Shown here: in pieces, positions 22,171 through 31,433 of the stretch
Numbering within the stretch: the stretch's first letter is position 1
Layout: each line of letters opens with the position of its first letter
DNA from: Anaeromyxobacteraceae bacterium
GTDB lineage: Bacteria; Myxococcota; Myxococcia; Myxococcales; Anaeromyxobacteraceae
Assembly: GCA_047602405.1 (NCBI GenBank)
Contig: JASGHJ010000001.1
Coordinates: forward strand, 1,152,001-1,216,000
Direction: 5' to 3'
Length of the DNA stretch: 64,000 nucleotides
The notes under the pieces: generated by a model
Database searches by the model: none
What the model was told of the DNA's origin: nothing
What the model saw: the letters and a program-made list of their open reading frames with translations, nothing else
Program-made: the position numbers and the translations under genes

Positions 22171-22860
22171 TCAGGGGTGCGCGCCGAAGGCCGCGAGGAA
22201 GCGCCCGCCCTCGTCGACGGTGGTGAGCCCGCAGCCCGAGTTCACGTCCACGGTCGTGCCCGGCCCGCCGATGGTGCAGGCCTGGGAGAGCGCCGTGCAC
22301 TTCGCGTCCGCGACGCACATGCAGTCGCCGGCGTCGGTGGACGCGGGCACGGCGTGCCCGAGCCCCAGCGCGCCGACGACCTGCCGGGCGGCGTCGTGTC
22401 CGGTGGCGGCGTCGAAGACGAGGCCGACGTGGTGCGGTCTCGCGCCGGAGCAGTCGACCGGCGCCGCGCCGAGCACCCCCGCGGGCAGCCCGGCCTGGGT
22501 GGAGGCCCCGCCGAGGACCACGAGGTCGAAGCCGCCGCTCGCGGGGCGGGCCGTGGTGACGAGCACGTCGTACGGGGCGAGGACCGCCTTCACCTCGTCC
22601 ACGATCGCCTGGAGCTTCGCGGCCCGGGCGGCGTCCCCCGCGCGGTAGGCCGGCAGGGTCGTGGTGCCGGACACGAGCTGGGAGGTGCCGGTCGAGGGAT
22701 CGTCCAGCCCCGGCGTCAGGACCTGCCCCTCCGCCTGGAGGAACAGCACGTGCGCGCCCGAGGCCGACTTCGGGCCGGAGCCCGACGAGGAGCCTCCGCA
22801 GGCGGCGAGGGCTCCGCCGAGGCTGGCCAAGGCGAGGAGCAGGCAGGCGAGGGGTCTCAT
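22171..22860 (-). CDS. Hypothetical Cys-rich lipoprotein with a degenerate zincin-like segment
   Basis: LAAC lipobox; ARQVVGALGLGH...DCM. Confidence 0.7.
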   Translation of the reverse strand: MRPLACLLLALASLGGALAACGGSSSGSGPKSASGAHVLFLQAEGQVLTPGLDDPSTGTSQLVSGTTTLPAYRAGDAARAAKLQAIVDEVKAVLAPYDVLVTTARPASGGFDLVVLGGASTQAGLPAGVLGAAPVDCSGARPHHVGLVFDAATGHDAARQVVGALGLGHAVPASTDAGDCMCVADAKCTALSQACTIGGPGTTVDVNSGCGLTTVDEGGRFLAAFGAHP

Positions 22861-22985
22861 GCGAGACCTCGTCTAAGGAGGACCCGCGGTCGCGTCCAAT
22901 CCCCTGCGTGGGCCCGCGGGGCGGGCCGGCGTCGAGCGACCCGACTGGAAACCCCGCGCCCCGCCGGGATAGCCTCCCCGGCCTC

Positions 22986-24362
22986 ATGGCCCCGACCCCG
23001 GAACAGGCCGCCCGTCACGCGCGCCTCGCCGCCGCCGACCACCGGCACCTCTGGCACCCCTTCACGCAGATGCAGGGGTGGCTCGAGGAGGATCCGCTCA
23101 TCGTCGACTCGGCGGAGGGCATGGTCCTCACCGACACGCTCGGCCGCCGCTACCTCGACGGCGTCTCCTCGCTCTGGTGCAACCTGCACGGCCACCGCGT
23201 GCCGGAGCTCGACGCGGCGGTTCGGGCGCAGCTCGACCGCATCGCCCACTCGACCTTGCTGGGCCAGGCCTCCACCGCCTCGATCGAGTGCGCCGAGGAG
23301 CTCGCCCGGCACCTGCCCGCGGAGCTCACGCGCATCTTCTACTCGGACGCCGGCGCGACCGCGGTCGAGATCGCGCTCAAGATCGCCTTCCAGCACCACC
23401 AGCTCCGCGGCGACCGCGCACGCACCGAGTTCATCGCGCTCCGCGGCGGCTACCACGGCGACACCGTCGGCGCGGTCTCGCTCGGCGGCGTGGACCTCTT
23501 CCACGAGATCTTCGGGCCGCTGCTCTTCCAGGTGAACCGCGCGCCGCAGCCGTACTGCTACCGGTGCCCGCTCGGGAAGTCGCCCGAGTCCTGCGGGATG
23601 GCCTGCGCCGACGAGGTCGAGAAGCTCTTCCGGGCGAGGCCGGGCAAGATCGCCGCGCTCGTCATCGAGCCCGTCATGCAGGGCGCCGACGGCATGATCG
23701 CCCAGCCGCCCGGCTACGTGCGGCGCATGCGGGAGCTCTGCGACCGCCACGGCGCGCTCCTCGTCTGCGACGAGGTGGCGACCGGCTTCGGCCGCACCGG
23801 GAAGACCTGGGCCGTCGAGCACGAGGGCGTGGTGCCGGACCTCCTCACGACCGCGAAGGGGCTCACCGGCGGCTACCTCCCGCTCGCCGTCACCGCCACG
23901 ACCGAGCACGTCTTCGAGTCGTTCCTCGGCCCGTTCGAGTCGAAGCGGACCTTCTTCCACGGCCACACCTACTGCGGGAACCCGCTCGCCTGCGCCGCGG
24001 CGACCGCCTCGATGAAGCTCTTCTCGGCGCGGGTGCTCCCGGCCCTGCCGCGCCGGGTGAAGGTGCTCGAGGAGGCGCTCCGGCCGGCGCTCGAGCTCCC
24101 GAACGTCGGGGAGCTCCGCCAGCGCGGGCTCATGGTCGGCATCGAGCTCGTGAAGGACCGGCGCACGAGGGAGGAGTACCCGTACGCCCTCCGCGCCGGG
24201 CACCAGGTCTGCCTCGCGGCGCGGCCGCTCGGCGCGCTGCTCCGCCCGCTCGGCAACGTGGTGGTCCTCATGCCGCCGCCCGCGATGGCCGACGATCAGC
24301 TCCGGGAGCTCGCCGGGATCGCGATCGAGGCCATCCGGCGCACGGCCCCGGGGCTCGCCTGA
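22986..24362 (+). CDS. bioA: Adenosylmethionine-8-amino-7-oxononanoate transaminase
   Basis: LWHPFTQM, DEVATGFGRTG, AKGLTGGYLP, HGHTYCGNP; adjacent to bioD. Confidence 0.93.
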   Translation: MAPTPEQAARHARLAAADHRHLWHPFTQMQGWLEEDPLIVDSAEGMVLTDTLGRRYLDGVSSLWCNLHGHRVPELDAAVRAQLDRIAHSTLLGQASTASIECAEELARHLPAELTRIFYSDAGATAVEIALKIAFQHHQLRGDRARTEFIALRGGYHGDTVGAVSLGGVDLFHEIFGPLLFQVNRAPQPYCYRCPLGKSPESCGMACADEVEKLFRARPGKIAALVIEPVMQGADGMIAQPPGYVRRMRELCDRHGALLVCDEVATGFGRTGKTWAVEHEGVVPDLLTTAKGLTGGYLPLAVTATTEHVFESFLGPFESKRTFFHGHTYCGNPLACAAATASMKLFSARVLPALPRRVKVLEEALRPALELPNVGELRQRGLMVGIELVKDRRTREEYPYALRAGHQVCLAARPLGALLRPLGNVVVLMPPPAMADDQLRELAGIAIEAIRRTAPGLA

Positions 24363-24364
24363 GC

Positions 24365-25036
24365 ATGCGCGGCCTCTTCGTCACCGGGACCGACACCGGC
24401 GTCGGGAAGACCGAGGTCTCCTGCGCGCTCCTCGAGGCCGCGCGGGCGACCGGGGTGGACGCCGTCGGGATGAAGCCGGCGCAGTCGGGCGTCACCTCCG
24501 ACGAGCCCTCCGACGCGCAGCGGCTCCGCGAGGCCTCCGGGCGGTGCGAGCCGCTCGAGGCGCTCTGCCCGTACACCTTCGAGGCGCCGCTCGCGCCCGC
24601 GGTGGCAGCGCGGCTCGCCGGCGTCACGATCGCGGTCGAGCGGATCGAGGAGGCCGCGCGGGCGCTCGCGGCCCGGCACGCGACGGTGCTCGTGGAGGGC
24701 GCGGGCGGCCTGCTCGTGCCGCTCACGGACGAGCTCACCTACGCCGACCTCGCCGCGCGCCTCGGGCTGCCGGTGCTCGTCGTGGCCCGCGCGGGGCTCG
24801 GCACCGTGAACCACACCGCGCTCACGGTGGAGGCGATCCTCCGCAGGGGGCTGCGCCTGGCGGGGATCGTGCTCAACCGGACCACGCCCACCGACGATCC
24901 CTCGGTGCCCCACAACGCGAGCGAGATCGCCCGCATCACCACGCGTGAACCCATCGCGATCCTGCCGTACGAGGCCGATATCGAGGCCCGCGGGCGCGCC
25001 CTGCGATCCATCCTCCGCGGAAAGATCCAGTTCTAG
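24365..25036 (+). CDS. bioD: Dethiobiotin synthase
   Basis: FVTGTDTGVGKT, VEGAGG, LGTVNHT. Confidence 0.95.
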   Translation: MRGLFVTGTDTGVGKTEVSCALLEAARATGVDAVGMKPAQSGVTSDEPSDAQRLREASGRCEPLEALCPYTFEAPLAPAVAARLAGVTIAVERIEEAARALAARHATVLVEGAGGLLVPLTDELTYADLAARLGLPVLVVARAGLGTVNHTALTVEAILRRGLRLAGIVLNRTTPTDDPSVPHNASEIARITTREPIAILPYEADIEARGRALRSILRGKIQF

Positions 25037-25092
25037 GCGGGCGCGGCGAAAAATGGATCGAGCCCGCGATCGATCGTAACGATCGCGCGTCG

Positions 25093-25368
25093 ATGCCGAC
25101 CGTCGTTGACCTCACCCTCGTGTCCAAGGCGCGCCGCGTCCTCCACAAGACCCTGGAGGAGCGCGGGCTCGGGTTCTTCCTCAAGCCCGAGTCCCGCCGC
25201 ACGCCGCGCCTCGATCCCCGCCGCATCGCCTGGATCGTCGAGCTCGCCCGCCGCCAGGTCGGCCCGCGCGCCCGCAGGGATCCCGACGCGCTCGCCCGCA
25301 CCCGCCGCGTGCTCCGCCGGGAGTTGATCCGGCGGCTCGCCGAGGCGATGCTCCAGGCCGGGCTCTGA
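25093..25368 (+). CDS. Small basic hypothetical protein
   Basis: 91-aa Arg-rich ORF with GC3-rich codons. Confidence 0.65.
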   Translation: MPTVVDLTLVSKARRVLHKTLEERGLGFFLKPESRRTPRLDPRRIAWIVELARRQVGPRARRDPDALARTRRVLRRELIRRLAEAMLQAGL

Positions 25369-25388
25369 ACCGCCCTCCGGAGGTTTCC

Positions 25389-25991
25389 GTGCAGAGGCTC
25401 CTCGCGCTCTCGGCGCTCGTCGCCGCCCTCGCCGCCCCCGCCGCCGCGCGCGCCGAGCCCGTGGTCGGGCTCCGGCTCGGCTGGGCGGTGCCCGCCGGCC
25501 AGTCCTCGAAGGGCTCCGATCTCTCCGCCGTCACCTCCGGCGCCGCCTTCGCCGAGGTGGACGCCGGCTGGCGCGTGTGGCGCGCCCTGACGATCGGCGC
25601 CTACGCGAGCTACGGCGTCGCGCGGATCGACACCTACCTCGACAACGAGTACGAGAAGCGCGGCGAGTCCACCCGCGGTGACGTCACGCACGTCGGCGTG
25701 CGCGCGCAGTGGGACTTCCGCGACCTCGCGCAGGGCCTCGAGCCGTGGATAGCGCTCGGCGCCGGCTGGGAGCGCGCCGGCTTCGACGTGGGCGGAGCCT
25801 ACGCGTACACCGGCTGGGAGCTCGTCCGGCTCGAGGCCGGCGCGAGCTGGCGGGCGTGGCGCGGACTCGCCGTCGGCCCGTACGTGACCTGGAGCCTCGG
25901 CCGCTACGCCCGGCTCAACGGTGGGTCGCTGCCCGGGCAGGCCGGCCACGCCTGGGCCGCCTTCGGGCTGAGAAGCACCTGGGATTTCTAG
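25389..25991 (+). CDS. Outer-membrane beta-barrel protein
   Basis: Signal peptide, alternating aromatic beta strands, C-terminal Phe (STWDF); GGAGG RBS. Confidence 0.75.
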   Translation: MQRLLALSALVAALAAPAAARAEPVVGLRLGWAVPAGQSSKGSDLSAVTSGAAFAEVDAGWRVWRALTIGAYASYGVARIDTYLDNEYEKRGESTRGDVTHVGVRAQWDFRDLAQGLEPWIALGAGWERAGFDVGGAYAYTGWELVRLEAGASWRAWRGLAVGPYVTWSLGRYARLNGGSLPGQAGHAWAAFGLRSTWDF

Positions 25992-26057
25992 GTCCCACAC
26001 CTCCCACATGCGCGAGGGCGCGCACTCCCGACCGGGTACGGAGTAATCTGCCGGCGC

Positions 26058-26495
26058 TTGAGCTCCCGGGCCGCCCTCCTCCTCGCTGCACTCGTCGGCG
26101 CCGTCGCGTGCCACGACGCGCCCGGGCCGGCCGGCTTCTGGGCCCGGTACCACCCCGAGCTCCTCGAGCGCCACGAGCTCGCCCAGGACGCGCGCGGGGG
26201 CCAGCGCACGCTCTACTGGCAGGCCCGCGACGACTTCCGCTTCTCGGTCGCCGACGTGATGGCGTTCGCGGCGTGGAACGACTGGACGCCCGCGGACGGC
26301 CCGCCGCCCGGCGCGACGCACCTGTCGGCGCCCGCGACCGTGCTCCGCTTCCGGGTCCGCGCGCCCGGGAAGGGCGACGCGGCGCCCGCGTTCGCCGAGA
26401 TCGCGAACGACGGCACCGCGCTCGTGATCACGCACGCGTGGGGGACGGCGGCTCCGTCGGCCGCCTCGAAGACCACCGCGGCGGCCGCGCCCTAG
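26058..26495 (+). CDS. Hypothetical lipoprotein
   Basis: AVAC lipobox. Confidence 0.55.
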   Translation: MSSRAALLLAALVGAVACHDAPGPAGFWARYHPELLERHELAQDARGGQRTLYWQARDDFRFSVADVMAFAAWNDWTPADGPPPGATHLSAPATVLRFRVRAPGKGDAAPAFAEIANDGTALVITHAWGTAAPSAASKTTAAAAP

Positions 26496-26821
26496 CTGCG
26501 CCGCTCGACCGACCGCCGCCAGAGGAGGAAGCCGCCGCCCACCACGGCCGGCGGCAGGAACCCCGCGAGGAACGAGCCGGGCCCGCTCGCGAAGAACGCG
26601 GTCGCGACCGAAGGCAGCGCGGCGGAGGCGAGGAACCCGGCCGCCGCCGCGAGCACGACGCCGAGGAGCCGCGAGGGCCAGCGCAGCCGGAGGGCGGTCG
26701 CGAGGGCGAGCGCCACGGCGAGGCCCGCCGCGTTGCCGATGGGGACGAGGAAGAGCGCGTGCCCGTGCGCCCAGGGGTCCGCCGCGGCGGCCTGCGCGGC
26801 CGCGGCCGCGACCGGCGGCAC
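26492..26821 (-). CDS. Small membrane protein
   Basis: Three hydrophobic segments; abuts the DUF1844 gene. Confidence 0.55.
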   Translation of the reverse strand: MPPVAAAAAQAAAADPWAHGHALFLVPIGNAAGLAVALALATALRLRWPSRLLGVVLAAAAGFLASAALPSVATAFFASGPGSFLAGFLPPAVVGGGFLLWRRSVERRS

Positions 26822-27100
26822 CTACGCGCCCTTCCCGCTCTGCCTGGCGACGTAGCGCAGCTTGAGGTCGGTGAGGAGGCTCTCCATGAACTTCGCCTCC
26901 TCCTCGGTCAGGTTGCCCCGCGTCTTCTCCTTCAGCATCGCGAGGATGTCGATCGTCTGCTTCGCGAGCGGGAGGTCCGGCTCGGCGGGCGCGCCGGTCT
27001 CCGGGTGGGGCGCGTCGCCGAGGTGGATGAACGCGCTCGACGCGAGCGAGAGGACGAACGTGTAGAAGTCGATCTGCCCCGGGTCCTTCGTGTCGGTCAC
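26822..27100 (-). CDS. DUF1844 domain protein
   Basis: IDFYTFVLSLASSAFIHLG...AKQTIDILAMLKEKTRGNL. Confidence 0.85.
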   Translation of the reverse strand: MTDTKDPGQIDFYTFVLSLASSAFIHLGDAPHPETGAPAEPDLPLAKQTIDILAMLKEKTRGNLTEEEAKFMESLLTDLKLRYVARQSGKGA

Positions 27101-27145
27101 GGCTCCAACCTCCTGACGGAACCTGCCACCTGCGCGGCCGCCGCG

Positions 27146-28510
27146 CTACTCGAAGTCGAAGGCGATGCGCTCGGCGGCGTACCCGCGCCGGAAGAGCAGC
27201 ACGAGCTGGCCGGTGCGGCGCGCCGCCAGGGCGGCCTTGTTGAAGTCGGCCACGGTCGCGATCTCGCGCGAGTTCACCTCGAGCACGAGGTCGCCCGCCA
27301 TGATCCCGGCGCCCGCCGCGGCGGAGCGCGGGGCGACCTTCTGCACGACCACCACCGTGCCGCCCTGCACCCGCTCCTGGCCGAGCGTGAGCCCCGTGCG
27401 CCGGAGCACGAGCCCGGCGACCTGGCCGGCGCCGAGCTCCACCGCCTTCACGAGCACGGTGCGCTTCTGGCCGTTCGTGGAGAGCTCCACCTTCGCGGTG
27501 CCGCCGACCGGGAGATCGCGCACGCGGAACCGGAACTCCTCGGCGCTCTCGGGCGAGAAGCCCTGCACCGCCTCGACCCGCTCGCCCTTCCGGATCCCGG
27601 CCTGCGCCGCCGGCGAGCCCGGGTCCACCGAGGTCACCGCGACGCCGCCGCGGGCGCCCTCGGCGCTGCCGGGGGGCGCGGGCAGGTCGTCGACCTGGAT
27701 GCCGAGGTAGCCCTCGCGGACCTCGCCGTGCGCGATCAGGTCCTCCGCCACGCGGCGGGCGCGGTCGATGGGGATCGCGAAGCCGATGCCGGCGCTCCGC
27801 TCGCCCAGGATCGCCGTGTTGATGCCGATGAGCCGGCCCTCGATGTCGAGGAGCGGGCCGCCCGAGTTGCCGGGGTTGATGGAGGCGTCGGTCTGCAGGA
27901 AGTCGAAGAGCTGGCGGTCGCCGCTGCGGAAGGAGCGGTTCACCGCCGAGAGCACGCCGGTGGTGACGGTGTTGGCGAGGCCGAAGGGGTTGCCGATCGC
28001 GATGACGGTCTCCCCGATGAGGAGCTCGTCGGAGCGGCCGGTGGTGACGAACGGCACGCGCTCCTTCGTCTCGAGCTTCAGCACCGCCAGGTCGGAGGAC
28101 GGATCCGCGCCGACGACCTTCGCGAGGAGCTCGCGCCCGTCGACCAGCTGCACGCGGAAGCGCGCGCCGCGCTCGACCACGTGGTTGTTCGTGAGGACGT
28201 AGCCGTCGGGCGAGACGATCACGCCCGAGCCGAGCGAGGTGACCTGGTAGCCGCGGCGGTAGCGCGGCCGCTCGAAGAGGTCGGAGAAGAGGTCGCCCGA
28301 CGAGCCGCGCGACGGCACGCGGATGCGCACGAGCTCCTCGGCGGAGACGTTGACGACCGCCGGGCGCACGCGCTCGACGGCCGCGACGACCGGGGTCCGG
28401 CGGGCCTGGGCGGGGGTCGACTCGGCGCGGGGCAGCGCCTGCGCGAGCGCGGAGGCGGGGAACAGCGCGAGCGCGGCGGCGATCGCCGCGCCGGTCGAGG
28501 AGCGCTTCAC
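27146..28510 (-). CDS. HtrA/DegQ-type serine protease with two PDZ domains
   Basis: LGSGVI, TNNHVV, DLAVL, DASINPGNSGG. True start is GTG 28510, overlapping the upstream TGA; the longer ORF in the track is a frameshift fusion. Confidence 0.92.
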   Translation of the reverse strand: MKRSSTGAAIAAALALFPASALAQALPRAESTPAQARRTPVVAAVERVRPAVVNVSAEELVRIRVPSRGSSGDLFSDLFERPRYRRGYQVTSLGSGVIVSPDGYVLTNNHVVERGARFRVQLVDGRELLAKVVGADPSSDLAVLKLETKERVPFVTTGRSDELLIGETVIAIGNPFGLANTVTTGVLSAVNRSFRSGDRQLFDFLQTDASINPGNSGGPLLDIEGRLIGINTAILGERSAGIGFAIPIDRARRVAEDLIAHGEVREGYLGIQVDDLPAPPGSAEGARGGVAVTSVDPGSPAAQAGIRKGERVEAVQGFSPESAEEFRFRVRDLPVGGTAKVELSTNGQKRTVLVKAVELGAGQVAGLVLRRTGLTLGQERVQGGTVVVVQKVAPRSAAAGAGIMAGDLVLEVNSREIATVADFNKAALAARRTGQLVLLFRRGYAAERIAFDFE

Positions 28511-28720
28511 GACTGCGCGGTGTCCTCGTCCTCGAGCTCGTCGTCCTCGTCCTCGAAGTCGTCGTCGTTCTCCATCGTCGACTCGACGGCGATCGCGCGG
28601 TCCGCGAGAATCCTCCAGCGCCTTCTGGTGCTGGGTGAACTCCTTCTCGTCGAGGAGGCCCTTCCTGAGGTACCGGTGCGAGACGCGCTTGTCGAGGTGG
28701 CGGGGGTCGATCTCAGCCAT
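28507..28720 (-). CDS. 70-aa protein with basic N-terminus and acidic tail; 1-nt insertion at ~28610
   Basis: Reads MAEIDPRHLDKRVSHRYLRKGLLDEKEF...EDLADRA...DDDFEDEDDELEDED after correcting GATTC to GATC; GGAG RBS. Confidence 0.75.
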
Positions 28721-28801
28721 GGATTTGACTCCGGATTTTCGGGAGGGGCGGACAATATGCAGCGCCTTGCGGGGGCGTCAAGCGCGTGTTACCCGGACCC
28801 C

Positions 28802-29476
28802 GTGCCCGGCACCGGCCACACGCCCCCGCGCGACCGCCTGGCCCGCCTCCGCGGGCTGTACGTCATCGTCGGCGGGCGGGGCCCCGACGCCACCGCCGGG
28901 CAGGCGAGGGCCGCCCTCGAGGGTGGCGCGACCGTGCTGCAGGTCCGGGTGAAGGACGCCCCGGCGGGCGAGGTGCTCCGCGCGGCGCGCGAGGTGGTGG
29001 ACCTCGCCCGTGGCCGCGCGCTCGTCATCGTCAACGATCGCGCGGATCTGGCGGTGCTCGCCGGCGCCGACGGCGTCCACGTGGGCGACGAGGACCTGCC
29101 CCCGGCGGAGGCGCGCCGGATCGTGGGGCCGGACCTCCTCGTGGGCCGCACGTGCCGCACCGAGGCCGACGCGCGGCGCGCGCTCGACGAGGGCGCCGAT
29201 CACGTGGGGTTCGGGCCCATGTACGTGGCGCGCGCGAAGGTGGTCGACGCCCCGCCGCGGGGGCTGCCCGCGCTGCGCGCGCTCGCGGCGGCCCTGCCCG
29301 CGCCGGTCGTCGCGATCGGCGGCATCGACCTCTCGAACGTCGGCGAGATCGCCGGGGCGGGTGCCGCCTGCGCAGCGGTCATCTCCGCCGTGCTGGACGA
29401 CCCCGACCCGCGCGCCGCCGCCGCGCGCCTCGCCGCGGCGTTCGACGCGGCCCGCCCTGGAGCCAAGGCGCCATGA
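28802..29476 (+). CDS. thiE: Thiamine phosphate synthase
   Basis: LQVRVKD, VNDRADLA, DGVHVGDED, VAIGGI. Confidence 0.9.
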   Translation: MPGTGHTPPRDRLARLRGLYVIVGGRGPDATAGQARAALEGGATVLQVRVKDAPAGEVLRAAREVVDLARGRALVIVNDRADLAVLAGADGVHVGDEDLPPAEARRIVGPDLLVGRTCRTEADARRALDEGADHVGFGPMYVARAKVVDAPPRGLPALRALAAALPAPVVAIGGIDLSNVGEIAGAGAACAAVISAVLDDPDPRAAAARLAAAFDAARPGAKAP

Positions 29477-30180
29477 CCCCTCGCCCCCGCATCGGCCTCA
29501 CCCTCGACGCCGCGGAGCGCCGCTACGAGCTCCCCCGCGCGTACGCCGACGCCATCCTCGCCGCCGGGGGCCTGCCCATCCTGCTCCCGCACGCGCCCGA
29601 GACGGCGGGCGCGTACCTCGCGCTCCTCGACGGCCTCGTCGTCTCCGGCGGCGCGTTCGACGTGCCGCCCGACCTCTACGGCGAGGCCGCGCGCGCGGAG
29701 CTGGGCACCACGCGCCCGGAGCGCACCGCCTTCGAGAAGGACCTCCTCGAGGCCGCGCTCGCCGCGAACCTGCCCGTGCTCGGCGTCTGCGGGGGCATGC
29801 AGCTCCTCAACGTGGTGCGCGGCGGGACCCTCTTCCAGGACCTGCCGGCGGACACCGGCATCCGCGGCCACGAGCAGCCGCCGCCGAAGGACGTGCCGTC
29901 GCACGAGGTGCAGGTGACGCCCGGCACCGTGCTCGCCGGCATCGTCGGCGCGGCGCCACTCCAGGTGAACTCGACGCACCACCAGGCCGTGCGGGAGCCG
30001 GGCGCAGGCGTGCTGGTCTCGGGCCGCGCCGCCGACGGCGTGGTCGAGGCGATCGAGCTCCCCGACCTGCGCTTCGCGCTCGGCGTGCAGTGGCACCCCG
30101 AGGCGACGTCCCGCAACGACCCGCGCCAGGCCGCGATCTACGGGGCGCTGGTGGCCGCCTCGCGGGAGCGAGGCCGGTGA
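29473..30180 (+). CDS. Peptidase C26 / gamma-glutamyl-gamma-aminobutyrate hydrolase family protein
   Basis: LGVCGGMQLLNV, VNSTHHQAV, GVQWHPE. Confidence 0.9.
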   Translation: MTPRPRIGLTLDAAERRYELPRAYADAILAAGGLPILLPHAPETAGAYLALLDGLVVSGGAFDVPPDLYGEAARAELGTTRPERTAFEKDLLEAALAANLPVLGVCGGMQLLNVVRGGTLFQDLPADTGIRGHEQPPPKDVPSHEVQVTPGTVLAGIVGAAPLQVNSTHHQAVREPGAGVLVSGRAADGVVEAIELPDLRFALGVQWHPEATSRNDPRQAAIYGALVAASRERGR

Positions 30181-30932
30181 CGCGGCCCCGCGTCCTCGTC
30201 GTCGCCGGCCTCGACCCCACCGGCGGCGCCGGGCTCGTCGCGGACCTCGAGGCCCTCTCCGCCGTCGGGGCGACCGGCTGGGCCGTCGCCTCCGCGCTCA
30301 CCGCGCAGGGCCCCGGCGCGCTCCGGCCCGGCCGCGCGCGCGGCATCCGGCCGACCACGCCCGACTTCCTCGAGGACCAGATCGACGCGCTCCTCGGCGG
30401 CGCCGAGCGCCCCGCCGCCGTGAAGACCGGCATGCTCGGCACCGCCGCGCTCGTCGCCGCCCTCGCCGACCGCCTGCGCGCGCGCCCCTTCACCCGCGTG
30501 CCGCTCGTCGTGGATCCGGTCCTGCTCGCGACCTCCGGGCTGCCGCTCCTCGAGCGCGGCTCGGCCTCCTTCGCCGAGGTCCTCGCGCCGCTCCTCGCGC
30601 GCGCCCGCGTCGCGACGCCGAACCTGCCCGAGCTCGCGCTCCTCACCGGCCTCGACGTCTCGACCGAGGCCGCCGCCGTCCGCGCCGCGCGGCTGCTCCC
30701 GTCGAGGGCCGTCGTCGTGAAGGGCGGCCACGCCGAGGGCGAGCCCGCGGATCTGCTCGTCGAGGGCCGGAGGGTCAGCCGCCTCACCGGCCGCCGCAGG
30801 CCCGGCACGGCCCGCGGCACCGGCTGCCGGTTTGCGTCCGCGCTCGCCGGCCTGCTCGCGCGCGGCGAGCCGCTCGAGGTCGCCGCGCGCGGCGCGAAGA
30901 GGGTCGTGGAGCGGTACCTGGACGGTCGCTAA
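30177..30932 (+). CDS. thiD: Hydroxymethylpyrimidine/phosphomethylpyrimidine kinase
   Basis: AGLDPTGGAGL, VKTGML, VVDPV, TPNLPE, KGGH, GTGC. Confidence 0.9.
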   Translation: MTRPRVLVVAGLDPTGGAGLVADLEALSAVGATGWAVASALTAQGPGALRPGRARGIRPTTPDFLEDQIDALLGGAERPAAVKTGMLGTAALVAALADRLRARPFTRVPLVVDPVLLATSGLPLLERGSASFAEVLAPLLARARVATPNLPELALLTGLDVSTEAAAVRAARLLPSRAVVVKGGHAEGEPADLLVEGRRVSRLTGRRRPGTARGTGCRFASALAGLLARGEPLEVAARGAKRVVERYLDGR

Positions 30933-31342
30933 GACGCCGTCGTCCCCGTCGCGACCTTCTTCCCCGCCTTCGTCCAGCCGTCGATGCCGGCCGGCATGAT
31001 GAAGACCTTCGTGTACCCCGCCTTGACGGCCGCACGGGCCGCCTGGTGGCAGGCGTGTCAACGCTCGTTCTTGCAGTAGAAGACGAGCCGCGTCGCCTTG
31101 TCGGCGGGGAGCTTCGAGGTCGGGTCGAGCTCGCTCCAGATCGCGCCGGGCACGTGCCCCTTCGCGTAGACCTCGGGGCCGTTCACGTCGAAGATCCTGG
31201 CGTCGGGCTTGCCGACGAGCGCCTCGACCTCGTCCACCGAGAGGCTTCCGAACGGGTCGGACTCGGCCCGCGCGGCGCCGGCCACCGCGAGGAGGCCGGC
31301 GAGCGACAGCGTGAGGGTGATGCGTTGCATGAGGAGGTTCAT
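30929..31342 (-). CDS. Exported rhodanese-domain protein, probable selenoprotein (in-frame UGA at 31058-31060)
   Basis: IFDVN...GHVPGA...LVFYCKNER-UGA-HACHQAARAAVKAGYTKVFIMPAGIDGW. The rhodanese C-terminal half continues in frame to TAG at 30929. Confidence 0.85.
31019..31057 (-). promoter_or_regulatory. Bacterial SECIS-like stem-loop
   Basis: GGCGGCC-CGTGC-GGCCGTC hairpin whose GU-containing loop starts 21 nt 3' of the UGA; lower stem CGCCT/AGGCG. Confidence 0.65.
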
Positions 31343-31433
31343 GCCGCAGACATAACCGCGGCCGGGCGCCGGCGCTCGCGCGGCCGGGCGCAGCCTCGAG
31401 AGGAGGTGGAGCGGCACCTCGCCGCCCCCACCC

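Noticed and set aside
27146..28720. 524-aa HtrA with a novel N-terminal extension
   Set aside because: Artefactual fusion from the 1-nt insertion at ~28610; the protease has its own signal peptide from GTG 28510.
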